DNA of 64,000 nucleotides from Tubiluchus corallicola (Eukaryota > Animalia > Priapulida). The position numbers and the translations under genes were made by a program. Positions 25,109 to 39,554 of this stretch are shown piece after piece. Every line of letters starts with the position of its first letter. Position 1 is the stretch's first letter. The notes below the pieces were generated by a model. It did not search any database. It worked only from the letters and a program-made list of their open reading frames with translations, and was not told the DNA's origin. Where the stretch lies: assembly GCA_030141605.1 (NCBI GenBank), contig JAQGDQ010000107.1:124001-188000 (forward strand). Reading direction: 5' to 3'.

Positions 25109-26340
25109 ACCATGTATGAACTCCATGTGTAAAAAACTTCTAGTTGCCGACCTGTCATTTCCCTTTGTAATTAATGTTTACAGTTTGTTGCAAACAGCAA
25201 ATTCTCAGATGGTAACCCAGTTGTTATCAATGAAGGCAGCAATAGATAAATTTGATTCTTTTAATTGTCATATTCAGCAACATCCTTATCCAGTTCTTTG
25301 GCTTGATCCTTCTCTTCAACAGTAGCTCTTCAATTTCCAAAACCTTAATTTCAGCCAAGTGAACAATTTCAAATGTCTTTTTCATCTGCTGGCGCAGAAA
25401 AATACCAAAATTTAAACTACAGTACAGTAGAAGCAGGTTCTCTACAAAGATGAAGTTTAACAGCTTGGTACTACAATGCATTGACTTTTGGTTGTGAGAG
25501 TTGCAAGTGTATAGTTTTAAGCCATGGCCGAAAATCTTTTGTACGTCAAATATTTAAATGCCAGAACAATGTTAGCTCATTTTACATCCTGGGCTATAGT
25601 AAAATATTGATAAGGATTTGCTGTCAAATAAAAAAATTAAACTTAATCCTGAACTAAACTAAAGTATCTTGAATTTCCAGCGTATGCGACGGTCATACAG
25701 AGCCGTTTGATTCAGAGAAACTAAGAGCAAAAATTGTTGAGCAGGTGGGATCAAGTACCCCTTAATTAAAGAAGGTAGAAATTGTGTCAGCTGTCGGAAG
25801 GAACGCCTTCGTTTAGTTTGCAGCTAAATGGTGGACACGTAGAGCATTGTCGGTAAGTTTAACAACAGTAACACAATTTTTTCCGGTATTTACTTTTTTG
25901 ACTTCCTGTTTTCAGACTTTTGTATCTTTGGAAAAATTATAATTATATGAATGACCAAAAATTTCTGATATTATCACACAAACGTCTGTACCATCTGTGT
26001 GGTAACTTTCAAGCGATTCCGTGATCAAAGTATCGGCACGTTTTTTGCGCCACCTAACATATTTCATCGCACTGTCCTTCCCGTAATGGCAGGTAGAGGC
26101 GGTCTTAATATGGAAACAGAACCTCATTATAAAAGGAAATCCCCTGGGAAGGAGCTTCAGAGGCGTCGGTTTACTATCAAAGTATTTTGAATTCACGAAG
26201 AGCAACTTTGTGGACTATTTACATCAACACAGTAAATTTTATTTTGTTGGGAACTATATTTTCGATATGGCTGGTCACATGAAACCTCTGATCATTTTAA
26301 CTAATCAGTGAAAGTTATAATTCTGTTTTTGTATTGAACA

Positions 26341-26545
26341 ATCTGTACCGTCAATTACAACAGTTTTTTGGCAACATGCTACATTTTTTACGTAGTCCGA
26401 TGTACAAATGTGCCAAGCTTCAGTATCATTTGTACTATCTGTACTCAGGGCTATCTGTACCGTCAATTACAACAGTTTTTTGGCAACATGCAACATTTTT
26501 TACGTAGTCCGAAGTATATATGTGCCAAGCTTCAGTATCATTTGT
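26341..26545. repeat. ~112-bp direct duplication
   Basis: atctgtaccgtcaattacaacagtttttt...gtgccaagcttcagtatcatttgt at 26341 and 26453. Confidence 0.85.
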
Positions 26546-27294
26546 TACGGCTAAGTTTACTACAAGTTCAAAGATTCCAGCAAATGGCTTTGGCGCCGTT
26601 ATCCAATACTTCCACTAAAACTGGACACCATTGGGTGACTCCAGGGCTTAGTTAGGTTTTGTTTATTTGAAGAAGAGTTCGTTGTAGTATAACACAAGCT
26701 ATCACACAAGCCGAGAGACGGTCAGTACTAAACGAAACCTTTGGCACCTAATGAGATGACTGCATTAGGCAATCATTAAAAGTGGTCTCGCTCTTTTTCT
26801 AGTTCAGTAATAATTTTAGCAGATGCGTCACTAGAGTTACAAGCTGCATTTGTTCACAAAGTTTGCCAAACGCGCATTATGCATGTTTAAGCAAGTGTTC
26901 CAAACTTGGGCTGTGGTTTAACTATTTATCTATGTACTATGTTTTAAAACACAATACATGTTTCTCAGAAAACCTTGTAACGCATTTTCCTTGTTTGCAA
27001 AAAGCGTTTTATTTGCTTCATTTCTTGCTTTTGTTTTTCATTCAAACCACAATGCAAGCCATTTCTAAACGAGCACACACACTTTCAGTGCACTCCCCTC
27101 ATTTACGCTTGGTGTCAATTGCATTAGAGCCATTAACTTCAGACAAATTAGGTGGAGTCAAATAAACACCAGGATCTATTATAAACATCCTCGCTGTCTT
27201 CATGTTGGTGATGGTAAAGCTGCCTATTTTTAAAGCGTCAACAATCCATGGCGGTATTAATTTTTCTTTTTCTTTTTTCTTCTACTCCTGCTGC

Positions 27295-27308
27295 AGCCGT
27301 TTTGTTGT

Positions 27309-27340
<32 letters not shown>

Positions 27341-27522
27341 TAGCTGTTGTTGCTATTGCTGTCATCACAATCATTGTCTTTGGTGCTCCTAGTGCAACCA
27401 TGTTGTTGTTGTTGTCGTCGTCATCGTTGTTGCTACTGCTGCTGCTGTTGTTGCCGTTGCTGTTGCCGCTATTGCTTTTGCTGTTGTTGTTGTTGTTGTC
27501 GTCGTTGTTGTTGTTGTTGTTG
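27295..27522. repeat. (GTT/GCT)n microsatellite
   Basis: Directly visible. Confidence 0.9.
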
Positions 27523-29260
27523 TGCAACGGTTTATGTTATTGGTTTTGTTGCTCTTGTCCTTGTAGTTTCCGTTGTCGCTATATTTGTCACCTTCAGTAT
27601 TCTTGTTGATACTGTTACCGCTTTTGTGGTTATCGCCATAGAGGTCGTTGTAAAAACATATACTGTGCACTTATATTGTATCTATAGACTGTATATAACC
27701 ATGCCACTATGGTTTACTGCATAATTAACTGCACAGCAGTTGACAATAACGTATGTAATATTAGTAACGCAATACAATAATTAGGGACTGATGTTCTTCG
27801 GAATATTGCTTTTATTGGCGCTATTTACAAGCCTATTACACAATATAGAGGCGATGACTAATACGACACTATAGGTGAAAGATCTGGTTAGGACAGGAGG
27901 GGTTAAAACAAAGTCAAGGTATTTAAAATTTGTACCTTATAAACTTGGCAAAATAAAAAATTGTATGGAGTTACTGTTATTAATATCGTATTGCCACAGC
28001 TCTGCTGTTAATTACGTAATCAGCTATCATAAGCTGTCTAGGAATAGCACTAGAAGGGGTGTTGATAAAAATTAAATTAAATATGTTGCTACTCAAGAAG
28101 TATTAGAACAGTCAGTTCAAAGAAGACGAGAGTCCAGTGTATAAAAATGAAGATGATACTACTGAGAATATGCTTGAATATGTTACGACAAAGTGAACTA
28201 TGCCACTACAAGAAATTATTTAGTCAAATGATGCAAAAGTGCTAATGGGTTATTTGAACAAATGTACATTGTGGCTATGGACTCAACAAAAAGAAGAGGA
28301 ATGGAAACAAAACTACACGAGAAAGAGTAAAAGAAAGTAAAAAATGTTATCCATCAGAACGCTTAGAAGACGGATGCGCTTTGGAGACGATCATATCTCG
28401 CAGAAGAGATTACGCCCTGTACCCTGAATAGTGTGGACACACCATGGAAACAACGAAACAAAATAAAGAGGAATTCTTAGACGAGAGATTCAGCACGTCC
28501 AACAAAAAATTCATTTATCACGCGAAAAAGTAATTATCGCACAGTTATTATTAATAGAGATTGTATCATATTGTACACAACGAAAGTGACGAATAGAACA
28601 GAATTTAATGTTATGTTGCTGCATCATGTTGTTCTTGCACATGCAGTTAGCTCAAAGCTCTGATGAGATTTAGATCTGTGCAGTTACACACAAACGTGCA
28701 CAGTCAGCAGTAGGCAAGTTTGCCGTCAAAATTCTAAAAAAATGCTTTGCTGTACCGGTAATGCTACATAATGTAGCGTGTGTACGTGATATGACAACAC
28801 GGAACGTAACGTAACGAACGGAATGAAATATAACGTAATTAAATTCAAGTAAATGCAATTTATGTTAATTTTAAACAAATTCCGACTCTATTCTAATTTA
28901 CTGCTAAAGTTTTGGTAATTTAGAAATGACTGAAGATGTCACTTAATATTCTTATGCGGCGTTATAGCCTTAGAGGTGTTTAACGAAATAATTACACGAA
29001 ATAGAGACAGCGTAATCTTCGTTAATTTTTCATACAGTATTTACGAAGACTCTGTAATGATAGCTGTGAAGAACCCAAATGTTATCGGGTATTATAGGTG
29101 CAAGTAACCCAAATTTCCCAAGAGAATAAATGTACATTAAATTTGTATATAAGCTGGACGTAAATGACGATGATTATAGGGAAAACATGAAATAAGTTAA
29201 GAATTCATGAAGTCGACGCATTAACAGTTTGCTTACGAATTATTAGCTTGCGCATTGGTA

Positions 29261-29668
29261 CCGATCTTAACTCTTTCGTAGTAATTTTTAAACTTGTTAA
29301 AGTGTAGAGATAGATTAGGTTACGAGACTTCAATAATTTCTTCTTACAGCATTCAGAATTATAGACTTGGAAAAGTTTCCACATTCGATTACTAAACCGA
29401 TCTTAACTCTTTCGTCGTAATTTTTAAACTTGTTAAAGTGTAGAGATAGATTAGGTTACGAGACTTCAATAATTTCTTCTTACAGCATTCAGAATTATAG
29501 ACTTGGAAAAATTTCCACATTCGATTACTAAACCGATCTTAACTCTTTCGTCGTAATTTTTAAACTTGTTAAAGTGTAGAGATAGATTAGATTACGAGAC
29601 TTCAATAATTTCTTCTTGCAGCATTCAGAATTATAGACTTGGAAAAGTTTCCACATTCGATTACTAAA
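29261..29668. repeat. 136-bp tandem repeat, 3 near-identical copies
   Basis: Unit ccgatcttaactctttcg...cacattcgattactaaa starts at 29261, 29397 and 29533. Confidence 0.95.
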
Positions 29669-32600
29669 TATAAATCATAAAGATGCAGGTTGCAATGATC
29701 ATATAGACCTCGTTACTAATTACTTAATTACATGTAACTAATTCGTTTTAACTACTTCGTCTGTTAGGCTATCTATTTATTTATCTGTTTGCCTGCCCGC
29801 TTGTCTGTCTGCCTGTCGAAATTATGTTCCGCCCACACGTTTATCTTTACGTCCATATCTACTTAGGTTCGATAGGAGCAGAATTCCGAGGTCGCTTAAT
29901 GCTAACAGATTATTGATGAATAAACAAATAATTATTGAATTTTTCAAACCAATCTATCCGACAGCAAATGTGAAAAAGTCGGATGCAGTCTGGATTCGAA
30001 CCACAGGCCTTTCGGTTGCAAAGAAAAAACAAAATGGCCATTAAGTTTTTTGCACAAACATATAAGCTAAATGAAATTCACAGAAAATTAACATCGAGAA
30101 ACGATTATAACATCCATTCCAGAGTAGTTAGGACTATGACTGGGAGGATCCATTTCTGTTACTTTCACTTCACGCAATAACCGCCACACAAACATTAACT
30201 GATTTGCCTTAATAATTATTATAAAAACATTATTTTTATCAATTCGATTTTGCGGAATCTGAAAAAGTTCCACTAGACCCAAAAAGACTGGCATTTTTAA
30301 AGGAAGCTAATAGAAATGGATTTTTAGATCTAACAACCCTGAAATAGATGTCATAAATGTCTCCCATAGAACTTTACAGAAGCACATTTTCTTCTAGTCT
30401 AGTAAGTCACTGAAGATTTTCCTGCATAGAATTTGTCTGACGGTAAATTAAGTCTTATTTCCTTTTATAAACCATTTTCCAATTGGAAATCTTAATTATA
30501 GTAATCTCTTGCTTTAGTTAGGATTTTACCAGTTAAGGCGGTTAACTGAATGTCATGTTGGCGCAATCTTAATTGCAGTTTGAAGAAATGCTCAGATTTA
30601 CTTAAACATTACCTTAATTAAAGCTTAAGCGAACTTTCCTGAAATATCACAACGTGCAGCAAAATTTACATTTGACTTTTTTACATCGAAATGCAAGGCT
30701 ATTTGGCTTCATCATTAATATCCAACTTTTAGTAGACGTTGATGAACCTGGAGGCTGTTCAGTGGTCAATGGTGGTCTGGTATCTAGATAGTCTAGTGCC
30801 GGGTGAACGTGAAAGTGTACTTTCAGTTCAGGTCATTTTGATTAGTCTCATGGCGCTTACTTTCTTATGTGGGAAACATTTTAATCAATGAGAAATTGAT
30901 TAATGGTAGATGGTAGGAGTTACTATTGAAGGGTAAATACTGGCAATTTCTTATCCAAAGAGTTGATTAGTCTTGCAGTTCCCAACTGGGCCTACTACGG
31001 GCTAATAACCTCGCTATTACAAGAAATGTATTAAGATATAAAGGGGGGGGGTATTTAACGGACCAAACGGAGAAGTTTGCAAGTTGAAAGCACCACGCGT
31101 GAAGACTTATAATTCGGAATAGCCAACGAGGCTGTTATGCCCTTCTCTTTGGCCTCTATATCCACCGACTTCTGGTTTATTTGAACAATTCAGGAGGGTA
31201 CCATTGACTTATTGCAGGCGCATGCGCATGTGCATGATCCACAACTCTGTATCTGCAGGAGTGGTTCTCAACAGGTGGGAGTTTTGAATATTGATCAGCA
31301 AACTAGAATTTTACAAATTGTGCTACAGGACAGCGTACTGTTGAATTTCAAGCGTTAATTTACACGACTTCATTTCAGTTTTTCTATTACTGCTGTATTT
31401 GTAAAAATCTGTTATAAAAACCAATCAAGTAAATCTGCAACGTGCAGAATCAGGTAAGCTTAAAAAGGTGTAAAAGGTGCAACATCCTGACATATTATTA
31501 AAATGTTTCCAGGGGGTAATACGCTAAGAAATTAGACCATTTTGGAAAGACCTAGTAGGAATGATAACAGAACATATGGTGAAAAAGATGTATGGGGCAA
31601 AAAACACTGATCTACGGGGATGGACAAAGTAGTTAGATATCTGCTACGCATGTCACGAGGCCTCGTGCTATGTAAAATACAATAGTACAAGAGTTATCTA
31701 CAACAAACTGTAGGTAACACATAAATTGTTTCTTTGTTTGCCCGATTTGAACAATATTTTCATCCAATACAACCAGAGCATCATAACTTTCTTTGTACAG
31801 CTTATTGCATTTCAGAAGATCCCGTTTTCGTTCCCTTTTTTCAGTGAATCCAGGAATAAATTGAAAGGAACAACCGACATAAAATTAATGAATTGTTGAA
31901 TTGCTGAAGTGTCAAGCACCAGTTGTCATTCATTATCTAGAAAAAATGGGTAAGGCAATGTATTCTGCATAAGCAGCCATTAATTTTATATCGTTTTATC
32001 TCTTAGAATGTTTCCTTAGATTCACTGAAGAGATGGGAACGAAAAGACGTTCGGAAATCGTTTCGTAGTCGCGTTTCGTTTCGAAGTAAACGGTGTCACG
32101 AAAATCGTAATGCCCTGTTTGCATACGATTAGAACAACATGCTTTTACTATGTATCAGTATCATTCCAATACAGTTTGCTTGGCTTCTTTATATGCAGTG
32201 CATTAACTTTATGGCGGTTGACTATATAACGCCACATACTGCAGAATAATTTACACTCCATTTACTGATTACATTTGTCCGAGTAAACAAGGTCAACGCA
32301 TTGCACTGTGTTTGATGCCGAAACACTTTCACTGAAACCGATCACAATGCCAATAAAGTAGCGCTTTGCTGAAATGTGTTTCAGTAATGGGGTAATTGAT
32401 ATGGCCGCTTTTGTATGATTTTTCAGTTTACTTCCGTTAGTATTAATTAACCCTCTTTTTATGAAGTTCAGTTACTGCTAGGTGATATCCAGCATGAATG
32501 AATCCAGCGATCAACTGCAGAACTCACCTATTATGTCGATTGTTGGGGACATCTCTTTAGTGCGGACAATCCTCGCTGGACTTTCAGATGGTAGTGTCTT

Positions 32601-32950
32601 ACACAAATTCGGAACTTCGGCTAGATATATATTGTCACTCAACGAGTAGCATGGCAGATAAAACGTAAAAGAAAAAGTTTTGGCGGTCGCTCCTCCATTT
32701 CCTGCCCTGGCTCGGCGTTATTTAATTTCGGTCGCTAAGCACACATTAACTTCTCAATTGATCCCTGTCCTAGCTGTTATAGAAATTGTTTTTTTAAGAA
32801 GCCCATCGAGATAATTGTTCCAGTTCGTGAATTTGACATTTGATTTGGGTACTAAAAGTTACTGTGGGAGTAAAGTAAACATTGAGCGGTCAGTCAGGAC
32901 AAGAACAAACGAATTTCAGCCGACACGTGGTTAGGCAAAGACACTATGAC

Positions 32951-33103
32951 GCAGAAACAAAGTGGTCCTTGATGCAGCAATAAAGTGGTCCATGAGGCAG
33001 CAATAAAATGGTCCATGAAGCAGTAAAAAAGTGGCCCATGAGGGAGTAGTAAAATGCCCGAGGAAGCAGAAATAAAGTGGTCGGTGAAGCAGCAATAAAT
33101 GAT
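32951..33103. repeat. 23-bp minisatellite, ~6-7 diverged copies
   Basis: Consensus approximately gcagcaataaagtggtccatgaa. Confidence 0.8.
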
Positions 33104-33756
33104 CAACAAAAGGTGAAGCAAAAACTTCATGTAAAAAAGTCTTTTTACGCAGAATATGCCTACCTACCTACCTGCCTACCTACCTGCCTGCCTGCCTGCC
33201 TATCTCCCACCTAGCTACCTACCTACCTGCCTGCCTGCCTGCCTACCTACCTACCTATAAATGGCATTTGAGTGGCTATTTTTTTCCTGTTTGTAATAAA
33301 TCTCTTGCTCCAGGTCTTATGTTTTAGTAAGAAGCCACTAGAATATTTTTATCAGTACAATGAAGAAATTTTGCTAAAAACGGTTTCAAATTTTTCCCTT
33401 TAACTTTTCTAATCTTACCAAACGAAAACACAAATCCAACGAATTTTTATGTATAGTAGGATTTGTGAAGGAGGGGTACATGTGCACGTGAATCAACATG
33501 CTCGGTTTGGAATGGTTAGAGGAGGCATTACAGTCCACTGTAAAATCCAATAGTAAATCCTGTTTACAGCATAATTACAGTGCGAAGTAGAAACAGATGG
33601 CATTAAACTTTGCTAAATTGAATCCAGTAGGATGTAATTCGTAGTGCTATTGACAGAAATCAGCTTGAATGAGAGAAGAAATGTTTATTTGAAGCTTTCA
33701 GGACAGGGCTAAGTAAAGCTTGCAAGTTGCAATCAATTAATAAATGCGCTCTGTCA

Positions 33757-34150
33757 AGGAAAACAGGATTATTTTTCGCAGTCTACCTCACTTTTTGAAG
33801 TGCAGTAAATATATGCTTTAGCACCTATAATTACGCAAAAGTATTTCTGGCAATTAAATAATAGGTTAAAAAGTTAATTAACGACTGGCAAGCCCAGCTA
33901 GTGATGATTTCATGATTGAACATAATTTTCAACAGCACAAACATTCCATGAGCGTGTTGCACATGTTTGCAAAAGCGAAACTTGAAGTACAGTGCAACAT
34001 TCGGTGTAATACACAAAAAACTCGGGAAATTATAAATTTAAAAACGGGAGATACGGCGCCTGTATTTTTTCTGCAACGTGTTCACAGATGCAGACGCTAT
34101 TGGCTTCCGTCCATCTAACTAGCAAATGGCGAAATGCATGTACCAGCGAA
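33757..34150 (-). mobile_element. Kolobok-like MITE family A, partial inverted copy
   Basis: Begins with TIR aggaaaacaggatt. Its reverse complement matches the 48220-48670 part of the full copy. Confidence 0.7.
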
Positions 34151-34336
34151 GAACTTTCTGTGCTAAGACATTTGCTAGAAACTAATATAAGAAAAACAAC
34201 GTCTCTTGCATTGAGCTAATTTGTTTGTCACCTGTGAAGACTTAGTATGAAAGTCGAGATTTTGAAGAAACAAATAAAAAGCGATCGTTCAAAATGTTTT
34301 TAATGTAATTTCTACCTGCAACGCATGAAATTATAG

Positions 34337-34473
<137 letters not shown>

Positions 34474-35077
34474 CTTTATTTAAAAAGTCGCCTTTTTGGA
34501 TCAACAATTAACATAAGCTCCAAAGAGCTTTTGGGCCGACTGTAAATAACAATCTACAACTACATAACAGAGATTATTATTACCCCATTACACCATTACG
34601 CCTTACTACTAACTAAACCGTCTGGCACAAACCAATTACATTGAAGCATTGAATTCTTCCATGTATAACTTGTTGTTTTTCCATTTTCAAGGACACCCTT
34701 GTAGCTACTGGTTATATAACAGATAAATTTCAGTTTGTCAATTTTGTCATCTAATGCTTGCAAATTTGTAACAAGTTTTGACGCGTGCCGTTTACGTTTG
34801 TCTCAGTCAAGATATTGTCCTCTACCGTTTAAATATTCTCCCTCTCCAGTTTATATTGCGATTAAAATATTTCTATATCGTAAATATTTTAGCAAAGTAG
34901 TTCAGTGCAAATTGGATCGCGCAAAAAGTAATGTAATTCGTTTTAGATAATAAAAAGACTGGCAGAGTCAGAAAATTCCTAAGCAAAATAAGAAGATATC
35001 TGTCAATGAAGAAATCGAACATTCTTGATGATAAACATTCTATAAGCTAGAATAAATTCTTGTTTCTTTTCACGCGT

Positions 35078-35235
35078 CAGTCTGTCGGTCGGTCGGTCGG
35101 TCGGTTAGTCGGTCAGTCAGTCAGTCAGCTAGTCAATCAGTCAGCAGCTAGCTAGCCAGTTAATCAGTTAGTCAGTCAGTCAGTCAGTCAGTCAGTCACT
35201 CACTCACTCACTCAGCCAGTCAACCAGTCCGTCAT
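35078..35235. repeat. (TCAG/TCGG)n tetranucleotide repeat
   Basis: Directly visible; similar tract at 44680-44862. Confidence 0.85.
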
Positions 35236-35835
35236 TCAGTTGTTAACTACGCAGTCGACCAAATAAAGAATGAACAGCCCTCAGCAACACATGTAGTTCC
35301 TAGCTAAAGAAGTCAGTCAGTTTGTCAGTCAGTCATTTACTGGGTTGCCTTATCCATCAAGTCATCTATAATGGGGGACGATTGGCACTTCCGTTTAATC
35401 CAAAACTTGATGTCCGGTGTCGGACGCTGTCACCTAGTGTGCCATCGCCGTAGAATAACAATGACGGTGAAAATACACGGTCATACTTCCGTTTCCGTGT
35501 ATTTCATTTATGGACAAAATTTCCAAAACGAATCATCTTTCATTCCACAGTTCTTCGCAAGGCAAATTTGGTTACAAATTTGTGACTAGAAAAAGCATTC
35601 GTGTGGCTCAATCAATGGAGACGGTGTGTATTCTGAATGTGAATTGTTTTAATGAGCGATTGACTGAAACCACTTATTGGTAAAGAGTTTACCAACATGA
35701 TGAATAGAGGTGATCGTGTAGAGTTCGCCAGTGAATATAAATGTTGCAGATGTGATAGTTATTACAACGAAATGTAAATGTGAACCTGAATTCCAGTCGT
35801 ACAGTAATCAGCACTCTGTGCTTTCCGCTGTAAGC

Positions 35836-36161
35836 TTGGGGTGAATTCAGTTCGAACGAGTTTTTTAATTCAAATTCTATTCGAACTTAAAATTTTGGAT
35901 TTGAGTAATTCAGCACTTTACTACAAAAGTTCCTTAAGATTAAACCGTTTCAAACGTTATGCAAACTCCATTATTTAGCTGCTATTTCAGTGCACGATTT
36001 TTACCCAAATTGTTAGTATTTTTTTGCTTTGGTACAAAATTAAGCAATATGCGTGATCTTTGCGAGACTATTTTTTCGAGTTCGATTTGGATTTGAAATT
36101 TTGAAACTCGGTTTGAGCGATTTCGAAAGTCAAAAATTTGATTCGATTCGAATTCGCACTT
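35836..36161. mobile_element. Putative MITE with TTCGA-rich subterminal repeats
   Basis: Ends ggggtgaattc / gaattcgcacttg, with clusters of ttcga/tcgaa at both ends. TSD not confirmed. Confidence 0.45.
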
Positions 36162-36473
36162 GGGCTAAAGTTTACAATTCCCCACACACAATGTTAGGTC
36201 TAGGGTTACAGTACTTAAAATTTCGTGGGGAATTGTAAACTCCTTCTTTGCTTTCTGATAGAGAATGCTCACCCCCTACTATAAGCTGACGCTACTATAC
36301 ATACGTTTCAAAATTTTAGTAAGAAAATTGTTGTGCAACCACACGGAAACACCAAATAACAGTACTCTCACGAGTGAGCAGTCTGACCATAATCACCATT
36401 GTTTTTGATGTATTTAGTTCTCTTCGATCAGAAGATAAGCTCGAATTTAAATAAAGATCTTATCTTATCTTGT

Positions 36474-36604
36474 ATTGCCCTGCCCTGCCCTGCCCTGCCC
36501 TGCCCTGCCCTGTCCTGTCCTGTCCTGTCCTGTCCTGTCCTGTCCTGTCCTGTCCTGTCCCGCCATGTCCTGTCCAATCCTGTCCTGTCCTGTCCTGTCC
36601 TGTC
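36474..36604. repeat. (CCCTG)n(TCCTG)n pentanucleotide microsatellite
   Basis: Directly visible. Confidence 0.95.
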
Positions 36605-37075
36605 TTATCTTCTGATCGATTTTTAGAAACTTACGCAGGGATTTTAAGGACTATCCATGATAAGATTTCATGAAGCAGTAATTTGTTTGAAAAATACATG
36701 GACATAGGATGCAGAATAAATATAGCTCTATTGGGTACATACAGCATGGTAATTAATTAGCTTCGTGTTCGTGATTACAGATATTTCTACATAATTAACA
36801 TAATGTGCGAGATCACATACTGGTCCCAAGGCAGAGAATTCTCTAGAATGCTTACTTGAAATAACAACACATAACAACAATAGCAGCAGCAGTCGCAACC
36901 GCGACCACGACAAAGATGGCAACAAGAACAAATAATATCTTATCAATGCGGTATGTTATTCTTAAAAATATTCTGCCTAGATTTGGTTAAAATTAAAATT
37001 AATGCATGAATGAGTAGTTTCGTTTCTAAGTGCACTAAAGCGAGACAAAAAAAGAATTGTCAACTCTTTCCTTAA

Positions 37076-37679
37076 AGGGGACAGGACCCAATCTTAAGCT
37101 ATAGCTAAAAGTAATCTAATGTGTAAAATATTAAAAGTGCACATAATTGTTTTTTTATGTGACTTACGTAAAAGAATTATTACCACCAAAGTTTAATTTT
37201 GCGTGCGCTCGGTGTTCATGCGCCATTAGCTACAGTAGTTAAATAGACATAGTATCTGCATCTCGAAAACACATTGCATAAAAAACAAGCACTGTACGTC
37301 TCTGTTCAGTTCTGACGTATTACCTTTTTTTGGTGAAATAGCATGACAACACGGCGGTTTTAAGTTTTAAAGTTTTAAACATAAATTCGACAAGTTTTTT
37401 GTGTACCACAGTCAATGTTGTACAGTAGCATTATACTTCCATTTCTGTTTTTTGCAAACACTTGCATCAAGCTCGTTGAATGTTTGGCTGTTACAAAACT
37501 GTGTTCAGTTCTGACGTCATCGCTTGCTGGTATCTCCAGCCGTCAGTTAAGTTTTTAAACTATTATTTTATTATCACAAACACTTTAGCATTATTATAGA
37601 TGCTAAAATGTATGCGGTATACTTTTTGCTGTATACTTATAAATATAGGGCGGCATGTGAAAAATCATCCTGTTTTCCT
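37076..37679 (+). mobile_element. Kolobok-like MITE family A, full length (~604 bp)
   Basis: TTAA at 37072-37075 and 37680-37683. TIRs aggggacagga / tcctgttttcct. Homologous to 6615-7222. Confidence 0.8.
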
Positions 37680-39554
37680 TTAACTAGTTTTCGCTTGTTT
37701 TTTTTTCTTAATTAAATTGATCACAAATATTTATGGTTAAATAGCTACTTAATTTTTGCACATTTGTACGACCCGTGAAGGTGCAAAAACGAATCACTTT
37801 CTCCAGTAAACATCCTTGCAATTTTATTTATTTATGATGAGTTACGAAAATCATTTACGATGAGTTAATAGAAACTCTTCAGTTTCTTAAGATGTTAGTA
37901 AAATGTTCTCAAGTTTTTTTTTGAGATGCCGTAAAAATTTCTACGACATTAAAGATTGACATGAAATGAAAACGGCATTAAAGTAGGCAGCCTGACAATG
38001 GTCATGAAACACGATGGACGATTGACTTCAACGACCTTTCTAGTGCCTCTAAATTGGATTTATTTGCTCACGAAACAACGCAACTCCTGTTGTCAAGCTG
38101 AATGAGCCTAACTAAGCATCACTAACAATGCTTCACATTTCGTTACTCGCATTAGACACGTGTCCTGCGAGCAAATGACAGTTTCCCGGTTTTCTTTACT
38201 TTCACAGTTTTTAGTTTGTATAGAAATTGTAATGAAATTACCTGTATTCACCATCGTTAAAATTAAGTGAGAGAGATATCACTGCATACAGTGGCTGAAT
38301 TTTTGCTGACGTCTTAAATATATGAACAACTTGTGGGTTTCTGTAGTCTTACCACAGTAATTTCTCTATGGGTCTCTGTGTGCAATTTCTTTTACAGAAA
38401 CAAAGAAGAATTGAATTAAATTGTTGAAAGTACTGGTATGGGCAAGAAACGTTGAACGCACTAGGCACAGAAGTTACTAGAACTAGAAGTAGATATAATA
38501 TAAATGTTTCGGTGTTTTTTCTAATATTGTAATCTATTTTCTAAATTTTATCCTACTTTTTATCCTCAGAAATAACAAATTCAACAAAGTTGCTGAGGAA
38601 ATGAGTCATAACAGCAGTCTCATTGAGAAATTCCGGTGACTGTGTACCCGACGTCGATTAGTCGCCACCAGAGCTACGAATGGCGACAATATAGGTTATT
38701 AAAACAAGTGCACGTTCTTTATTCAGAATTAAGTGATTCTTTTCATGGTTTTGTCGGCTTTAATCTATTACGGTCTTTTCCGGTACGAGGTCGCCTATTA
38801 TTTGGTGAACCCTTTACACGTGAGCGTAAGAGTATTACTTGATTGTCAGCAATTAAACGTGGACAAATTAATTGCAGACGATCACTTAATTACATACAGG
38901 TAGCCGTTTAATTTTAGTAGGCAGTATGTATATGTCTTGGATTTGTGTACAGTTTCCACATACGGGTGATTTAATTGAGGCAACTTCATGTAAGAATGTC
39001 AAGGATTACTCATCCAAATGACATCCCGCCTCACTCAAGAGGGAGTTACTGAAATTACAAGGGGGCGGTGAGTGGATGCAGAGATAAAATTTGAAAGCCC
39101 ACTTGTGCTTTAGGGCGCAAAACTCGCCTTTTCATTTCAAATTATTGACTCGTCTTAGAGCGAAATAGAAGCCATTTCTATGAAACAATAGCCTGTGTCC
39201 ATATCTAATCACAGGCCAGCCTGTAGCTGTATTTCGAATAGGACTAGTTCAGTCAATGTCATCTCAATCTGAGGAATTTCCCTGGAGGTGGACACACTGC
39301 AAGTCAAATAGCTTTACAGGGCCCAATTAACCTTTACAAAATTGAACGCTGCGTTTCGAATGTATCGAATCTTGCTTGTAAAGTCTTTAAATGACTATAA
39401 AAGTTTGAAAAATGAAGAAAATTTTAAAAACAGAAACAAATCATAAAAAATATTTTATTTTCATTCGACATTTACGATAGATGGCTAGCACACAGTTTTG
39501 CCGCAGAAACAAACGTTTTGCTACGGAAATAGAGAGATCTCTATATGTCTCTGT

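Noticed and set aside
25130-26250. Moderately complex ORF-like sequence (25227-25481, 25912-26205, 25999-26190)
   Set aside because: No recognisable domain or consistent splice phases. Likely decayed transposon sequence that I could not assign.
27830-28470. Purine-rich segment resembling an RTE-type LINE remnant
   Set aside because: Too degenerate to identify a diagnostic motif by eye; needs tblastn/HMM.
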